A DNA stretch of 64,000 bases from Deltaproteobacteria bacterium RBG_16_64_85 (lineage in GTDB: Bacteria > Desulfobacterota > Deferrimicrobia > Deferrimicrobiales > Deferrimicrobiaceae). Location of the stretch: contig MGQW01000086.1 in NCBI GenBank assembly GCA_001798885.1, positions 7,079 to 71,078 on the forward strand, written 5' to 3'. Positions 30,229-40,881 of this stretch are shown in pieces; within the stretch, counting starts at the first letter, position 1; every line of letters starts with the position of its first letter. The notes beneath the pieces are model-generated. The model did not search any database. It was not told the DNA's origin and saw only the letters and a list, made by a program, of their open reading frames with translations. The position numbers were made by a program, and so were the translations under genes.

Positions 30229-32381
30229 ACATCGGTTCGGTACGCGCGGCTGCAATCCTCCTTCTTTTCCTTCCATTCGCAGTTCCCGCGTCCGCGGCGA
30301 CCGCCATCCCCGGAGGGATGCTTACCAAAGCGCGCACCGGCTCCGAAGTCCTGCTCGGCGGGCCCGTGACCCTGAACGCGGACTCGCTTGCATACGACGA
30401 CAATACGGGGGTCGCCTACGCCGAGGGAAACGTCGAGATCGGATTCGGCAACCGGAGCATCCGTGCGGACCGCATCCGATACGATTCCCGAAGCGGCGAG
30501 GCGGAGCTGATCGGGCGGGTTCATTACAAGGACGCCGGAGACGAGTTCTCCTTCGACCGTATCGTCCTGAACATCGATACCGAGCTCGGGGTCCTGTACA
30601 ACGGAACCATACTCCTTAGCAACAACAATTATCAGATCTCCAGCGAAAGGTTCGAGAAGACCGGGGGAAGAACCTTCCGGATTCAGAAAGGGACCCTCAC
30701 GACCTGCCCCTGCGACCCGGAGCCCGACTGGAAGTTCGAAGTGAGGCGATCGCAGGTCACCATGGACGGCTACGCCGTCGGAAAGGACGTGACGTTCAAG
30801 GTCCGCGGAGTCCCCGTCCTCTGGCTGCCGTGGGCGGCGTTTCCCGTAAAGCTTAGCCGACAGAGCGGTTTCCTGATGCCGAGCTTTTCCAGCAGCGGGA
30901 CGAAGGGAACCTCCTTCCAGCTGCCGTACTACTGGGCGATCAACCGGTGGAGCGACGCGACCCTCACGATCGAGGACATGAGCCGGCGGGGTTTTCGGCC
31001 GGAAGTCGAGTACCGGTATATCCTGAATCCCACCTCGGAGGGCAAGGCGTACGCATCGTTCTTTCATGACAAGAAGGCGGATCACGACCGGTACCGGCTC
31101 AACGGGATCAGTACGTACCGGGACGGAGGAAGCTTCACCTCGAACGTCAAGTGGGACCTGGCTTCCGACGACCTGTATTACGTCAACCTGGTCGATGACG
31201 ACATCCTGAGGACGGGAAGGCACGTTCCTTCCAGGGGGTTCCTCGCTTACGGATCCGAGCAGAGCGTGGCGGCGATGTCCGCGGTCTATGTCAACGACGT
31301 GCAGGGAACACCCGACGACAACACGGTTCAGCGACTGCCCGAATTTTCATTGACCTTCCTTCCCCGGACGTTTGGCAAGACGGCGATCGAAGCCAGTGGG
31401 GAGATGAGCGCGACCTACTTCTATCGACGTGTCGGGGATCGCGAGCTGCGAGGAAGGGGGTACGCGGAAATCTCGCGAACCTATACCTTATACCCATCGG
31501 TCACGTTCACTCCCTACCTTTCCGTCGACATGCTGGGCTCGTACCCCGCATCGAGCGAAACCGGCGCCGAGAAGGAAGGGAGGGTTCTTCCCGGCGGTGG
31601 GGGAAAGCTGGAAGCCGATTTCCGAAGGAATTTCGAGGGGGTCGCCGGGACCCGGCTGATCCACGCGGTTCAAACGACCACCTCGTTCCACTGGATCCCG
31701 GCGGTTGACCAGAAAGCCATCCCCCTCACGGACGAATGGTCCCGCGTCGGCGAACAGCAGCAGTTCACTTTTTCCGTGACCCAGAGGCTCCTGCGGGTCG
31801 ACAATGTAACGGGACCACATGAGATTGCTTTCCTCTCGGTGGAGTGGGCGCTGGACGTGGGAGAGAGAAAACCCACGGGGTCTCCTTATATCGACCCCTT
31901 GGCGCCCTTCGTCAGGTCGCTGCGGGACCAGATCGACCTCGCTGCGGGACGGTCGACGGGCCGGCAAGCGGCCTCCGACATCTATACCCGGTTCCAGGTG
32001 CGGCCCGCCCCGAAATGGATCGTCTCTGGAGAGACGTTGTTCGACGCGGGTCCGGGAAAATTCACCACCGCGGCGATCGGAGGGGAGTGGAAGCAGACGG
32101 AGGAAAGCCGGGCACTCCTCGAATACCGGAAATCGCGAGATCTTGCCGAGGATGTCAACGGCCTCTTTGCGGTGCGGCTGCACAGGGTTCTAGGATTGAA
32201 GACCAACGTGAATTATTCTATGAAGAATAAGGAGTTGACCGAAGGCAAGGCCACGCTCACCCTTTACCCGCGCAGCGATTGCTGGAGCGTCGGGCTGGAA
32301 GCCGGCCGCAAGACGAGGCCCGACGAAAGCAGCTACAAGCTCCTCTTCTCTCTGAAGGGGATCGGGACGATCGGGAACTAG
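30225..32381 (+). CDS. lptD: LPS-assembly outer-membrane protein LptD (OstA/Imp family)
   Basis: GTG start in a GTGA overlap with folC; signal peptide; OstA N-domain, then a large beta-barrel region (718 aa). Confidence 0.85.
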   Translation: MNIGSVRAAAILLLFLPFAVPASAATAIPGGMLTKARTGSEVLLGGPVTLNADSLAYDDNTGVAYAEGNVEIGFGNRSIRADRIRYDSRSGEAELIGRVHYKDAGDEFSFDRIVLNIDTELGVLYNGTILLSNNNYQISSERFEKTGGRTFRIQKGTLTTCPCDPEPDWKFEVRRSQVTMDGYAVGKDVTFKVRGVPVLWLPWAAFPVKLSRQSGFLMPSFSSSGTKGTSFQLPYYWAINRWSDATLTIEDMSRRGFRPEVEYRYILNPTSEGKAYASFFHDKKADHDRYRLNGISTYRDGGSFTSNVKWDLASDDLYYVNLVDDDILRTGRHVPSRGFLAYGSEQSVAAMSAVYVNDVQGTPDDNTVQRLPEFSLTFLPRTFGKTAIEASGEMSATYFYRRVGDRELRGRGYAEISRTYTLYPSVTFTPYLSVDMLGSYPASSETGAEKEGRVLPGGGGKLEADFRRNFEGVAGTRLIHAVQTTTSFHWIPAVDQKAIPLTDEWSRVGEQQQFTFSVTQRLLRVDNVTGPHEIAFLSVEWALDVGERKPTGSPYIDPLAPFVRSLRDQIDLAAGRSTGRQAASDIYTRFQVRPAPKWIVSGETLFDAGPGKFTTAAIGGEWKQTEESRALLEYRKSRDLAEDVNGLFAVRLHRVLGLKTNVNYSMKNKELTEGKATLTLYPRSDCWSVGLEAGRKTRPDESSYKLLFSLKGIGTIGN

Positions 32382-32398
32382 GAAAGTTGAAGCGAAGG

Positions 32399-33253
32399 AT
32401 GCTCATCACCGGCGCGAACGGCCTGCTGGGGAGGGAATTGTTCGACCTCTTCCACAAGGAGCACGAGGTGCGCCCAACCGACGAAAGGGAGTGCGACGTC
32501 ACGAGTCCCATGGAGTGCAGAAGGGCCGTCGGGGGGTTCCGCCCCCATGTCGTCCTGCATTGCGCAGCGTACACGGCGGTCGACAGGGCGGAAAGCGAGG
32601 AGGCGAGGGCCCTTGCCGTGAACCGCGACGGCACCCGGAACGTGGCCCGCGAGTGCCGCGAGCACGGCGCCTTCCTGGTGACCTTCGGAACCGATTATGT
32701 TTTCGACGGGAACTCCTCCCGCCCGTACGCGGAGGACGATGTCGCGCGCCCCCTGTCCGCCTACGGAAGGAGCAAGTGGGCGGCTGAAGAGGCGTTGAGG
32801 ACGGAGATGCCGGAACACCTGCTCATCCGTTCGCAGTGGCTGTACGGCCCGCACGGCGGGAATTTCGTCTTCGCCATCCTGGACAAGGCGAGACGAGGGG
32901 AGCCGCTCCGCGTCGTCTCCGACCAGAAAGGGTGCCCGACCTTTGCGCGCGACCTGGCGGCGGCCACGAAGCGGTTGCTGGACGCCGGCGCACGGGGGAC
33001 CTTTCACTTCTCGAACGAAGGAGAGACCACGTGGTATGAATTTGCCGCGTTCCTTCTTGCGCATGCCTGCCCGGAGCCGGTTTCCATTACCCCCGTCCCT
33101 GCCGCGGAGCTGCTGTACCCCGCACCTCGCCCGGCCTATTCCGTTCTCAATAAGGAGAAATATCGCACCGTCACGGGAGACACCCCGAGGCGCTGGGAGG
33201 ATGCCGTGACGGAATTCCTGAAAAATACCTACGAAGGGGGGATCGCCGGGTAA
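32399..33253 (+). CDS. rmlD: dTDP-4-dehydrorhamnose reductase
   Basis: MLITGANGLLG Rossmann; YxxxK (YGRSKWAAE); ~284 aa. Confidence 0.85.
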   Translation: MLITGANGLLGRELFDLFHKEHEVRPTDERECDVTSPMECRRAVGGFRPHVVLHCAAYTAVDRAESEEARALAVNRDGTRNVARECREHGAFLVTFGTDYVFDGNSSRPYAEDDVARPLSAYGRSKWAAEEALRTEMPEHLLIRSQWLYGPHGGNFVFAILDKARRGEPLRVVSDQKGCPTFARDLAAATKRLLDAGARGTFHFSNEGETTWYEFAAFLLAHACPEPVSITPVPAAELLYPAPRPAYSVLNKEKYRTVTGDTPRRWEDAVTEFLKNTYEGGIAG

Positions 33254-34191
33254 TGCGCATCCTGATCACAGGGGGAGCAGGGTTCATCGGATCCCATGTC
33301 GCTGACGCTTGTGTCGCACGCGGACACGAAGTGATGGTGATCGACAACCTCTCCTCGGGGAAAAAGGAATATGCCCCCGCCTCCGCCCGGTTCGTCCTCT
33401 GCGACGTGACCTCGGACACCGCCGTGGAGGCGGTACGGACCTTCCGCCCCGAGATCATCAACCACCACGCGGCGCAGATCAACGTGCGGGCTTCCGTTGC
33501 GGACCCGCAGTTCGACGCCCAGGTCAACATCCTCGGCTCGATCCGCCTCCTGGAGGCGGCGAGGCAGCATGGCGTCCGGAAATTTCTCTTCGCCTCTTCG
33601 GGGGGCGCCGGATACGGAGAACAGGAACAGTTTCCCGCAGAGGAGAGCCATCCGATCCGTCCCGTCAGCCCTTACGGCGCTGCCAAGATGTCCGTGGAGC
33701 TGTACCTGAACTATTACCGCGTCCAGTACGGTCTCGAGTACACCGCGCTTCGCTACTCCAACGTGTACGGCCCGCGACAGGATCCCCACGGGGAGGCCGG
33801 CGTCGTCGCCATCTTCGCCGAGCGGCTGCTGCGGGGGCAGATGGCCGTCGTGAACGGCGACGGGGAGCAGACGCGGGATTTCGTCTACGTCGGCGACGTG
33901 GTCCGAGCGAACCTGGCGGCCCTGGAACGCGGTGACGGGCTCTCCGTGAACATCGGGACCGGCGTCGAGACGAACGTCAACACGGTCTTCCGCATCCTCC
34001 GGGATCTTGCGGGCAGCCGGCAGGAGGAGGTCCACGGCACGGCCATGCCGGGGGAGCAGCGGCGCTCCTGTCTGGAAAACAGGATGGCGGCCTACGAACT
34101 GGGATGGTATCCTGAAGTGTCGTTGGAGGAAGGACTCGCCTCTACGCTGGATTTCTTCCGCGAAAAAATCCGAAACACCGGCACGTGGTAA
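33253..34191 (+). CDS. NAD-dependent sugar epimerase/dehydratase (GalE-like SDR)
   Basis: [13 protein letters not shown]...; YGAAK catalytic dyad context; 312 aa. Confidence 0.85.
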   Translation: MRILITGGAGFIGSHVADACVARGHEVMVIDNLSSGKKEYAPASARFVLCDVTSDTAVEAVRTFRPEIINHHAAQINVRASVADPQFDAQVNILGSIRLLEAARQHGVRKFLFASSGGAGYGEQEQFPAEESHPIRPVSPYGAAKMSVELYLNYYRVQYGLEYTALRYSNVYGPRQDPHGEAGVVAIFAERLLRGQMAVVNGDGEQTRDFVYVGDVVRANLAALERGDGLSVNIGTGVETNVNTVFRILRDLAGSRQEEVHGTAMPGEQRRSCLENRMAAYELGWYPEVSLEEGLASTLDFFREKIRNTGTW

Positions 34192-34193
34192 GC

Positions 34194-35993
34194 ATGCGCA
34201 TCGAGCACATCCGCAATTTTTCCGTCATCGCCCACATCGACCACGGGAAATCCACCTTGGCCGACCGCCTGATGGAGGCTACGGGCACGCTCTCCGAGCG
34301 CGAGAGGGTGGACCAGTTCCTGGACAAGATGGACATTGAGCGGGAGCGCGGGATCACCATCAAGGCCCAGACCGTCCGCATGCGATACGTCACACGGGAC
34401 GGGAGGGAATACGTCCTGAACCTGATCGACACGCCGGGTCACGTCGATTTCTCCTACGAAGTTTCCCGAAGCCTGTGCGCCTGCGAGGGGGCGATCCTGG
34501 TCGTGGACGCCTCGCAGGGGGTGGAGGCCCAGACGCTTGCCAACGTCTACATGGCGTTGGAGCAGAACCTGGAGATCCTCCTGGTCCTGAACAAGATCGA
34601 CCTTCCGAACGCCGAGCCGGACCGGGTGAAGCGGGAGATCGAGGACGTGATCGGGCTGGACACGAAGGACATCATCGCCGCAAGCGCCAAAAAGGGAGTG
34701 GGCATCGAGGAGATCCTGGAGCGCGTGGTCCTGCGGATCCCTCCTCCCACGGGCGACCCGGACGCCCCTTCCAAGGGGCTCATCGTCGACTCGTGGTTCG
34801 ACAACTATCAGGGGGTGATCGTCCTCGTCCGAATGTTCGACGGGATCCTGCGGACGGCGCAAAAGATCATTCTCATGTCCACGGGGAACGTCTTCGAGGT
34901 CCAGAAGGTCGGGGTCTTCTGCCCTCACCCGAAGGAGGTCGAGTCCCTCGGGCCCGGCGAGGTGGGATTCGTCATCGCCAACATCAAGGACCTCAAGGAG
35001 ACCAAGGTCGGCGACACGATCACCGACGCGCGGAAACGCGCCGCGGTCCCCCTGCCGGGATTCAAGGTCGTGAGGCCGATGGTCTTTGCCGGCGTCTATC
35101 CCGTGGTCTCCGACGAATACGGCCAGCTGCGGACCGCCATTGAAAAGCTTCGGCTGAACGACGCCTCGTTCACCGCCGAGCCGGAAACCTCCGTGGCGCT
35201 GGGGTTCGGTTTCCGGTGCGGGTTCCTTGGGCTGCTCCACATGGAAATCATCCAGGAGCGGCTCGAGCGCGAGTACGGGGTCGAGCTCATCACCACCGCC
35301 CCTACCGTCGGGTACCGGGCCGTGAAGAAGGATGGGTCGGTGGAAGAGGTGGACAGTCCTGCGAGGCTGCCCGAGCCGCTGGATCTCGACTACATCGAGG
35401 AGCCGCTCATCCTGGCGACCCTCCATCTGCCGTCGGAGTTCCTGGGAGCGATTATCAAGCTGTGCGAAGAGCGCCGGGGCGTGCAGCGCCAGATGAAGTT
35501 CGCTTCCTCCAGCCGGGTCATCCTCGAGTACGAGCTCCCTCTCAACGAGATCGTCCTCGATTTCTACGACAGGCTCAAGACCGCCTCCCGGGGCTACGCC
35601 TCCATGGACTACGAGTTCCTCGTGTTCCGGCGGGCCGACCTTGTCCGCCTCGATATCCTCCTGAACGGGGAGAAGGTGGACGCCCTCTCCCTGATCGTTC
35701 ACCGGGAGAATGCCTACCCGAAGGGAAGGGACGTGACCGAGCGGCTCCGGAGGCTGATTCCGCGCCAGATGTTCGAGGTGGTCATCCAGGCCGCGATCGG
35801 GTCGAAGGTGATCGCGCGGGAATCCATCAAGGCGATCCGGAAGAACGTGATCTCGAAATGCTACGGCGGCGACATCACCCGGAAGAGAAAGCTCCTCGAG
35901 AAGCAGAAGGAAGGGAAGAAACGGATGAAACAGGTGGGTACGGTGGAGATCCCGCAAGAGGCCTTCCTTTCCATCCTCAAGGTCAGGGAATAA
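34194..35993 (+). CDS. lepA: elongation factor 4 (LepA)
   Basis: [18 protein letters not shown]1, DTPGHVDF; ~600 aa; ATG 34194 preferred over GTG 34185. Confidence 0.95.
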   Translation: MRIEHIRNFSVIAHIDHGKSTLADRLMEATGTLSERERVDQFLDKMDIERERGITIKAQTVRMRYVTRDGREYVLNLIDTPGHVDFSYEVSRSLCACEGAILVVDASQGVEAQTLANVYMALEQNLEILLVLNKIDLPNAEPDRVKREIEDVIGLDTKDIIAASAKKGVGIEEILERVVLRIPPPTGDPDAPSKGLIVDSWFDNYQGVIVLVRMFDGILRTAQKIILMSTGNVFEVQKVGVFCPHPKEVESLGPGEVGFVIANIKDLKETKVGDTITDARKRAAVPLPGFKVVRPMVFAGVYPVVSDEYGQLRTAIEKLRLNDASFTAEPETSVALGFGFRCGFLGLLHMEIIQERLEREYGVELITTAPTVGYRAVKKDGSVEEVDSPARLPEPLDLDYIEEPLILATLHLPSEFLGAIIKLCEERRGVQRQMKFASSSRVILEYELPLNEIVLDFYDRLKTASRGYASMDYEFLVFRRADLVRLDILLNGEKVDALSLIVHRENAYPKGRDVTERLRRLIPRQMFEVVIQAAIGSKVIARESIKAIRKNVISKCYGGDITRKRKLLEKQKEGKKRMKQVGTVEIPQEAFLSILKVRE

Positions 35994-36020
35994 GATGGAA
36001 ACCAGGAGTCGAAAACATCC

Positions 36021-36692
36021 ATGAAACCAACGCACCACCCGGAAGGCAGTGCGGACCGGAAAGGGAAGGTTCGCGAGTACATCGAGGCGTTCACCGTCGC
36101 CTTGTTGATCGCGCTCATCGTGCGCACACTGGTGATCCAGGCGTTCAAGATCCCCTCCAGTTCCATGGAGGACACGCTGCTGATCGGGGACCACATCTTC
36201 GTGAACAAGTTTCTCTACGGCTACCACATCCCGTTCACGAAGGGGCGAGTCCTACGGTTCCGCGCCCCCCGGCGGGGGGACATCCTCGTTTTCGTTTTCC
36301 CCGAGGACAAGAGCAAGGATTTCATCAAGCGGGCCATCGGGGTGCCGGGAGACACGGTAGAGGTCCGGGAGAAACGGGTGTTCGTCAACGGGCAGCTCTT
36401 GGAGGAAAACTACGTACGGTTTGCCGACGGGGACACGATCGACGGATTCATCCGGGCGAGGGACAACCTTCCGCCCGTCAAAGTGCCGTCGGGCAAGCTG
36501 TTCGTCATGGGGGACAACCGCGATCGGTCCTATGACTCGCGGTTCTGGGGGTTCGTCGACATGGATGCGGTGATCGGGAAGGCGATGTTCATCTACTTTT
36601 CCGTCGACTGGAACCGCGACGTCCGCTGGACCGAGGTCTGGCGCTACCCCGAGATCGTGCGGTGGGGCCGCATCGGACACCTGCTGCACTGA
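36021..36692 (+). CDS. lepB: signal peptidase I
   Basis: SSSMEDTL (Ser nucleophile box), K box RAIGVPGDTV, GDNRDRSYDSR box E. Confidence 0.9.
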   Translation: MKPTHHPEGSADRKGKVREYIEAFTVALLIALIVRTLVIQAFKIPSSSMEDTLLIGDHIFVNKFLYGYHIPFTKGRVLRFRAPRRGDILVFVFPEDKSKDFIKRAIGVPGDTVEVREKRVFVNGQLLEENYVRFADGDTIDGFIRARDNLPPVKVPSGKLFVMGDNRDRSYDSRFWGFVDMDAVIGKAMFIYFSVDWNRDVRWTEVWRYPEIVRWGRIGHLLH

Positions 36693-36707
36693 GGCCCTCG
36701 AAACCTG

Positions 36708-36737
36708 TTGACGGGGAGGCGGGACCGGGGTTATATT
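36708..36737 (+). promoter_or_regulatory. candidate sigma70 promoter for the pyr operon (-35 TTGACG 36708-36713; -10 TATATT ~36732-36737; 18-nt spacer)
   Basis: Read directly; precedes the PyrR leader. Confidence 0.45.
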
Positions 36738-36751
36738 CGGATAGGCCTTTT

Positions 36752-36836
36752 AAGCTAATCCCGTGAGGTTAGCAAAGGATGTACAATCGTTGACGACCAC
36801 GCCGCCTCCCCTCTCTTGCGGGGAGGTTTTTTTTTG
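36752..36836 (+). promoter_or_regulatory. PyrR-binding RNA leader / transcription attenuator (binding loop AAUCCCGUGAGGUU ~36757-36770, plus intrinsic terminator)
   Basis: Exact match to the ARUCCNGNGAGGYU PyrR recognition motif within a GCUAA...UUAGC stem; followed by a GC hairpin and T9 tract, 45 nt before the pyrR ATG. Confidence 0.65.
36804..36836 (+). terminator. rho-independent terminator (attenuator) GCCTCCCC-tctcttg-CGGGGAGG + TTTTTTTTT
   Basis: Perfect 7-8 bp GC stem, followed by 9 T. Confidence 0.65.
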
Positions 36837-36880
36837 CCCATAAAAACCCGATTACGGCCAAATTCGGAGGGACCATCGCG

Positions 36881-37441
36881 ATGAAAAAAGCAAGCAAGAA
36901 GGTCATCCTGGACGCCAAGGGAATGGAGCGGGTCCTCTCCCGCCTGACCCACGAGATCCTGGAGAAAAACAAGGGAGCCGAGGATCTCGTTCTGGTCGGC
37001 ATCATGTCCGGCGGTGTGCCGCTGTCGAAGTTCATCCGGGAGAAAGTCCGGGCCATCGAGGGGCTGGAGGTTCCTGCCGGCTACGTGGACATCACGCTCT
37101 ACCGGGACGACCTGTCGCGCGCAGGATACCAACCGCGGCTGAAACGCACGGAAATCCCGTTTTCGATCGACGAGAAGAAAGTCGTCCTCGTGGACGACGT
37201 GCTGTTCACGGGACGTACGATACGGGCGGCGATGGACGCCCTGATCGACTTCGGCCGCCCCAAGAATATCCAGCTGGCGGTTCTGATCGATCGTGGGCAC
37301 CGGGAGCTTCCCATCCGCGCGGATTATGTCGGCCGGAACGTCCCCACCTCCCGGAACGAGACCGTCGACGTAATGGTCCAGGGGAACCGGGAGGACTGGA
37401 AGGTCCTGCTCAACGAATCCGCACCGGCAAGGGGGGGGTGA
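36881..37441 (+). CDS. pyrR: bifunctional pyrimidine operon regulator / uracil phosphoribosyltransferase PyrR
   Basis: 186 aa; PRTase motif VVLVDDVLFTGRTIRAA. Confidence 0.93.
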   Translation: MKKASKKVILDAKGMERVLSRLTHEILEKNKGAEDLVLVGIMSGGVPLSKFIREKVRAIEGLEVPAGYVDITLYRDDLSRAGYQPRLKRTEIPFSIDEKKVVLVDDVLFTGRTIRAAMDALIDFGRPKNIQLAVLIDRGHRELPIRADYVGRNVPTSRNETVDVMVQGNREDWKVLLNESAPARGG

Positions 37442-37445
37442 CGCC

Positions 37446-38378
37446 ATGGATTGGAAACGCCGGCACGTGCTGGGCCTTGCCGATTTTCGCGTCGAGGAGA
37501 TGGAATTCGTCATCGACACGGCCCGCTCGATGGAGGAGGTGCTGACCCGGGACATCAAGAAGGTCCCGGCGCTTCGCGGCAAGACCGCGGTGAACCTCTT
37601 TTTCGAGGCCAGCACGCGGACGCGGACCTCGTTCGAGATTGCGGGGAAGCGGTTGTCCGCCGACGTAATCAATTTCAGCTCGGCGACCTCGAGCGTCTCC
37701 AAGGGCGAGACGCTCCTGGACACCGCGAAAAACATCGAGGCGATGAAGCCGAACATCCTCATTATTCGCCACCCCGCTTCGGGAGCCGCTCATTTTCTGT
37801 CCCGCTTCGTCTCCTGCTCGATCATCAATGCCGGCGACGGGGCCAACGAGCATCCCTCCCAAGGGCTTCTGGACCTTTACACTATACTTAAGGCAAAAGG
37901 TAAAGTACTTGGTCTTAAAATTTCAATAATAGGAGATATATTGCACAGCAGGGTTGTGCGTTCGAATCTGCATTCGCTGGGGAGGATGGGCGCGAAACTG
38001 TGGCTCTGCGGACCGCCCACCATGGTCCCGAAAGAGATGGAGCGGACCGGGGCAAGGGTCACTTATGACATCCGGGAGGCGGTAAAGGACGCCGACGTCG
38101 TGATGATGCTGCGGATCCAACTGGAACGGCAAAAGACCGCATATTTCCCATCCCTCCGGGAATATTCGAGGATGTTCGGATTGAACCGGAGCCTGTTTTC
38201 CCTCGCAAAGGGCGATGCGGTGATCCTGCACCCCGGACCCATCAACCGGGGGGTGGAACTTTCCGACGAACTGGCCGACAGCGCGCAATCCAGGATCCTG
38301 AACCAGGTGGAGTCGGGCGTCGCCGTCCGGATGGCGCTCCTCTACCTTCTTGCGGGAGGGCACGATGCTTCTCATTAA
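37446..38378 (+). CDS. pyrB: aspartate carbamoyltransferase catalytic subunit
   Basis: STRTR carbamoyl-P motif, HPxQ; 310 aa. Confidence 0.93.
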   Translation: MDWKRRHVLGLADFRVEEMEFVIDTARSMEEVLTRDIKKVPALRGKTAVNLFFEASTRTRTSFEIAGKRLSADVINFSSATSSVSKGETLLDTAKNIEAMKPNILIIRHPASGAAHFLSRFVSCSIINAGDGANEHPSQGLLDLYTILKAKGKVLGLKISIIGDILHSRVVRSNLHSLGRMGAKLWLCGPPTMVPKEMERTGARVTYDIREAVKDADVVMMLRIQLERQKTAYFPSLREYSRMFGLNRSLFSLAKGDAVILHPGPINRGVELSDELADSAQSRILNQVESGVAVRMALLYLLAGGHDASH

Positions 38379-39669
38379 GGGCGGACGGGTCATCGATCCG
38401 GCCGGCAAGCGCGACGAGACCGGGAGCATCGTCCTCGAGAACGGCAAGGTGAAGGACTTCATCCCGGGAGACCAGACTCCGAAGGGGTTCAAGGGAAGCG
38501 TGATCGACGCCTCGGGGAAGTGGGTGGTCCCGGGGTTGATCGACATGCACGTCCACCTGAGGGACCCGGGGTATGAGTGGAAGGAGGACATCCGCACGGG
38601 CACGAAAGCCGCGGCAGCGGGAGGGTTCTCCTCCGTTGCCTGCATGGCGAACACGAAGCCGGTCAACGACCATCCCGAGGTCACCCGGTACATCCGGGAA
38701 ACGGCGGAGAGGAATGGCGCGGCCGACGTTTTCCCGGTGGCCGCCGTTACGAGGGGGATGGGAGGAAAGGAGATGTCCGACTTCGCAGAGCTTGCCGATG
38801 CGGGGGCGGTGGCGTTTTCCGACGACGGGAAGCCGGTCGAGAGCGCGCTGTTGATGCGGCGGGCGCTCGAGTACGCAAAGGCGTTCGATCTTTTGATCCT
38901 TTCTCACGCCGAAGACGCCGAGCTCTGCAGGGACGGCGCGGCGCACGAGGGGTGGATGGCCCACAAGCTGGGCATCCCGGGCATCCCCTCGGCCGCCGAG
39001 GAGGTGGCCATCGCGAGGGACATCCTCCTGGCGCGGCAGACCGGGGGAAAACTCCATATCCAGCACATCAGCACGAAGATGGGAGTGGACCTGCTCCGCA
39101 TGGGCAAGAGGGCGGGGGTTGCGGTAACGGGGGAAACCGCTCCCCACTACTTCACGCTGACCGACGCTTCGCTCGAAGGGTACAACACGAACGCCAAGAT
39201 GAACCCGCCGTTGCGCGGGGAAGAGGACCGGATGGCCGTCCTTTCCGGGCTCATCGACGGGACGATCGATGTCATCGCCAGCGACCACGCCCCCCACGAG
39301 GACTATGTGAAGCGATGCGAATTCATCGCAGCCGCCAACGGGATCATCGGGCTGGAGACGGCCCTCCCTCTTTCCCTCGGCCTCCTTGCGGGCGGCAAGA
39401 TGACGCCGGCCCGGATCGTCGAGCTGTTGTGCTCCAATCCCGCGCGGATCCTCAAGCTCTCCGGGAAGGGATCCTTGCGGAAGGGGGCGGACGCCGACGT
39501 CACGGTCATCGATCCGGACGTGGAATGGGAATACAGGGAAGCCGACGTCCGCTCGAAATCCAGGAACAGCCCGTTCTTCGGGTGGAAGCTCCGGGGACGG
39601 GCGGTCGCCACGGTCCATGGAGGACGCGTTACCCACTCCCTTCTCGCAGAAGTTGCCGCAGATGTCTGA
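38365..39669 (+). CDS. pyrC: dihydroorotase
   Basis: [13 protein letters not shown] metal-binding His motif; ATG 38365 preferred (MLLIKGG); overlaps the pyrB end. Confidence 0.9.
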   Translation: MLLIKGGRVIDPAGKRDETGSIVLENGKVKDFIPGDQTPKGFKGSVIDASGKWVVPGLIDMHVHLRDPGYEWKEDIRTGTKAAAAGGFSSVACMANTKPVNDHPEVTRYIRETAERNGAADVFPVAAVTRGMGGKEMSDFAELADAGAVAFSDDGKPVESALLMRRALEYAKAFDLLILSHAEDAELCRDGAAHEGWMAHKLGIPGIPSAAEEVAIARDILLARQTGGKLHIQHISTKMGVDLLRMGKRAGVAVTGETAPHYFTLTDASLEGYNTNAKMNPPLRGEEDRMAVLSGLIDGTIDVIASDHAPHEDYVKRCEFIAAANGIIGLETALPLSLGLLAGGKMTPARIVELLCSNPARILKLSGKGSLRKGADADVTVIDPDVEWEYREADVRSKSRNSPFFGWKLRGRAVATVHGGRVTHSLLAEVAADV

Positions 39670-40810
39670 GAAGAAGGCGATCCTCGCCCTGGCCGACGGA
39701 ACCGTCTTCCGGGGAGGAACCTTCGGGTTCGAAGGGGAGTGCGGCGGGGAAGTGGTCTTCAACACCGCGATGACCGGGTACCAGGAGGTGCTCACCGATC
39801 CCTCCTACAAGGGCCAGATCGTCACGATGACCTACCCGGAAATCGGTAACACCGGCATCAACCCGGAAGACGTCGAATCGAACCGCCCCTGGGTGGAGGG
39901 GTTCATCGTCCGGGAAGCCTGGCGGCTCCCCTCGAACTGGCGCCACGTGGAGACCCTCGACGGGTACCTGCGCCGGTACCACATCTGCGGGATCGCGGGG
40001 ATCGACACCCGGGCGCTGACCCGGCTCCTGCGGGACCGCGGCTCCCAGATGGGGGTTATCTCCTCCATCGACCAGGACGAGCGGCGGCTTGTGCAAAAAG
40101 CCAGGGACCTCCCCTCGATCGTCGGGCGCGACCTCGTCAAGGAAGTCACCACGGACCGGGAGGTGCATTGGGACACGGGGGACTGGGACCTGGAAAAAGG
40201 ATACCTCCCCGCTTCCGAGTACCGCAGCCGGTTCGGATGGATCCCCAGGATCGTCGCAGTCGATTACGGTATCAAGCAGAATATCCTGCGGATGTTGGTT
40301 TCCCACGGGTTCGACGTGACGGTGGTTCCCGCGACCGCGACCGCGGAGCAGATCCTTGCAAGGAAACCCGACGGGATCTTCCTCTCCAATGGCCCGGGCG
40401 ATCCGGAGGGGGTTCCCTACGCGATCGAAGCGGTTCGCGGGCTCCTCGGCAAACTCCCGATGTTCGGCATCTGCCTCGGCCACCAGATCATGGGGCTGGC
40501 CCTGGGGGGTAGGACCTTCAAGCTGAAGTTCGGCCATCACGGCTGCAACCAGCCGGTGTCGGACCTTGCCACGGGCAGGGTCGAGATCACCAGCCAGAAC
40601 CACAACTTTTCTGTGGATCCCGGCTCCCTTGGGACCACGGCCAGAATCACCCACGTCAATTTGAACGATCAGACGGTGGAGGGTCTCGCCGTCCCGTCGC
40701 GCCGCTGTTTCTCCGTGCAGTATCACCCCGAGGCCTCCCCCGGGCCCCACGACTCCCGGTATCTGTTCACGCGGTTCTACCGCACCCTGACGGGAGAAGA
40801 GGATCTCTGA
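39662..40810 (+). CDS. carA: carbamoyl-phosphate synthase small (glutaminase) subunit
   Basis: ATG 39662 overlapping the pyrC stop; GATase triad (GICLGHQ...H..E). Confidence 0.93.
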   Translation: MSEKKAILALADGTVFRGGTFGFEGECGGEVVFNTAMTGYQEVLTDPSYKGQIVTMTYPEIGNTGINPEDVESNRPWVEGFIVREAWRLPSNWRHVETLDGYLRRYHICGIAGIDTRALTRLLRDRGSQMGVISSIDQDERRLVQKARDLPSIVGRDLVKEVTTDREVHWDTGDWDLEKGYLPASEYRSRFGWIPRIVAVDYGIKQNILRMLVSHGFDVTVVPATATAEQILARKPDGIFLSNGPGDPEGVPYAIEAVRGLLGKLPMFGICLGHQIMGLALGGRTFKLKFGHHGCNQPVSDLATGRVEITSQNHNFSVDPGSLGTTARITHVNLNDQTVEGLAVPSRRCFSVQYHPEASPGPHDSRYLFTRFYRTLTGEEDL

Positions 40811-40881
40811 AGCGCCGCCACTGCGGAAGGCCCACGCCGCGGGCAAGTCCGGCATAGCCGAAGGGGGGTACGGAAGAGGGA

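Noticed and set aside
36755-37762. 335-aa minus-strand ORF overlapping the pyr leader, pyrR and pyrB
   Set aside because: Antisense to PyrR and PyrB, which have unambiguous family motifs, and it covers the PyrR attenuator. It is a GC-content artefact.
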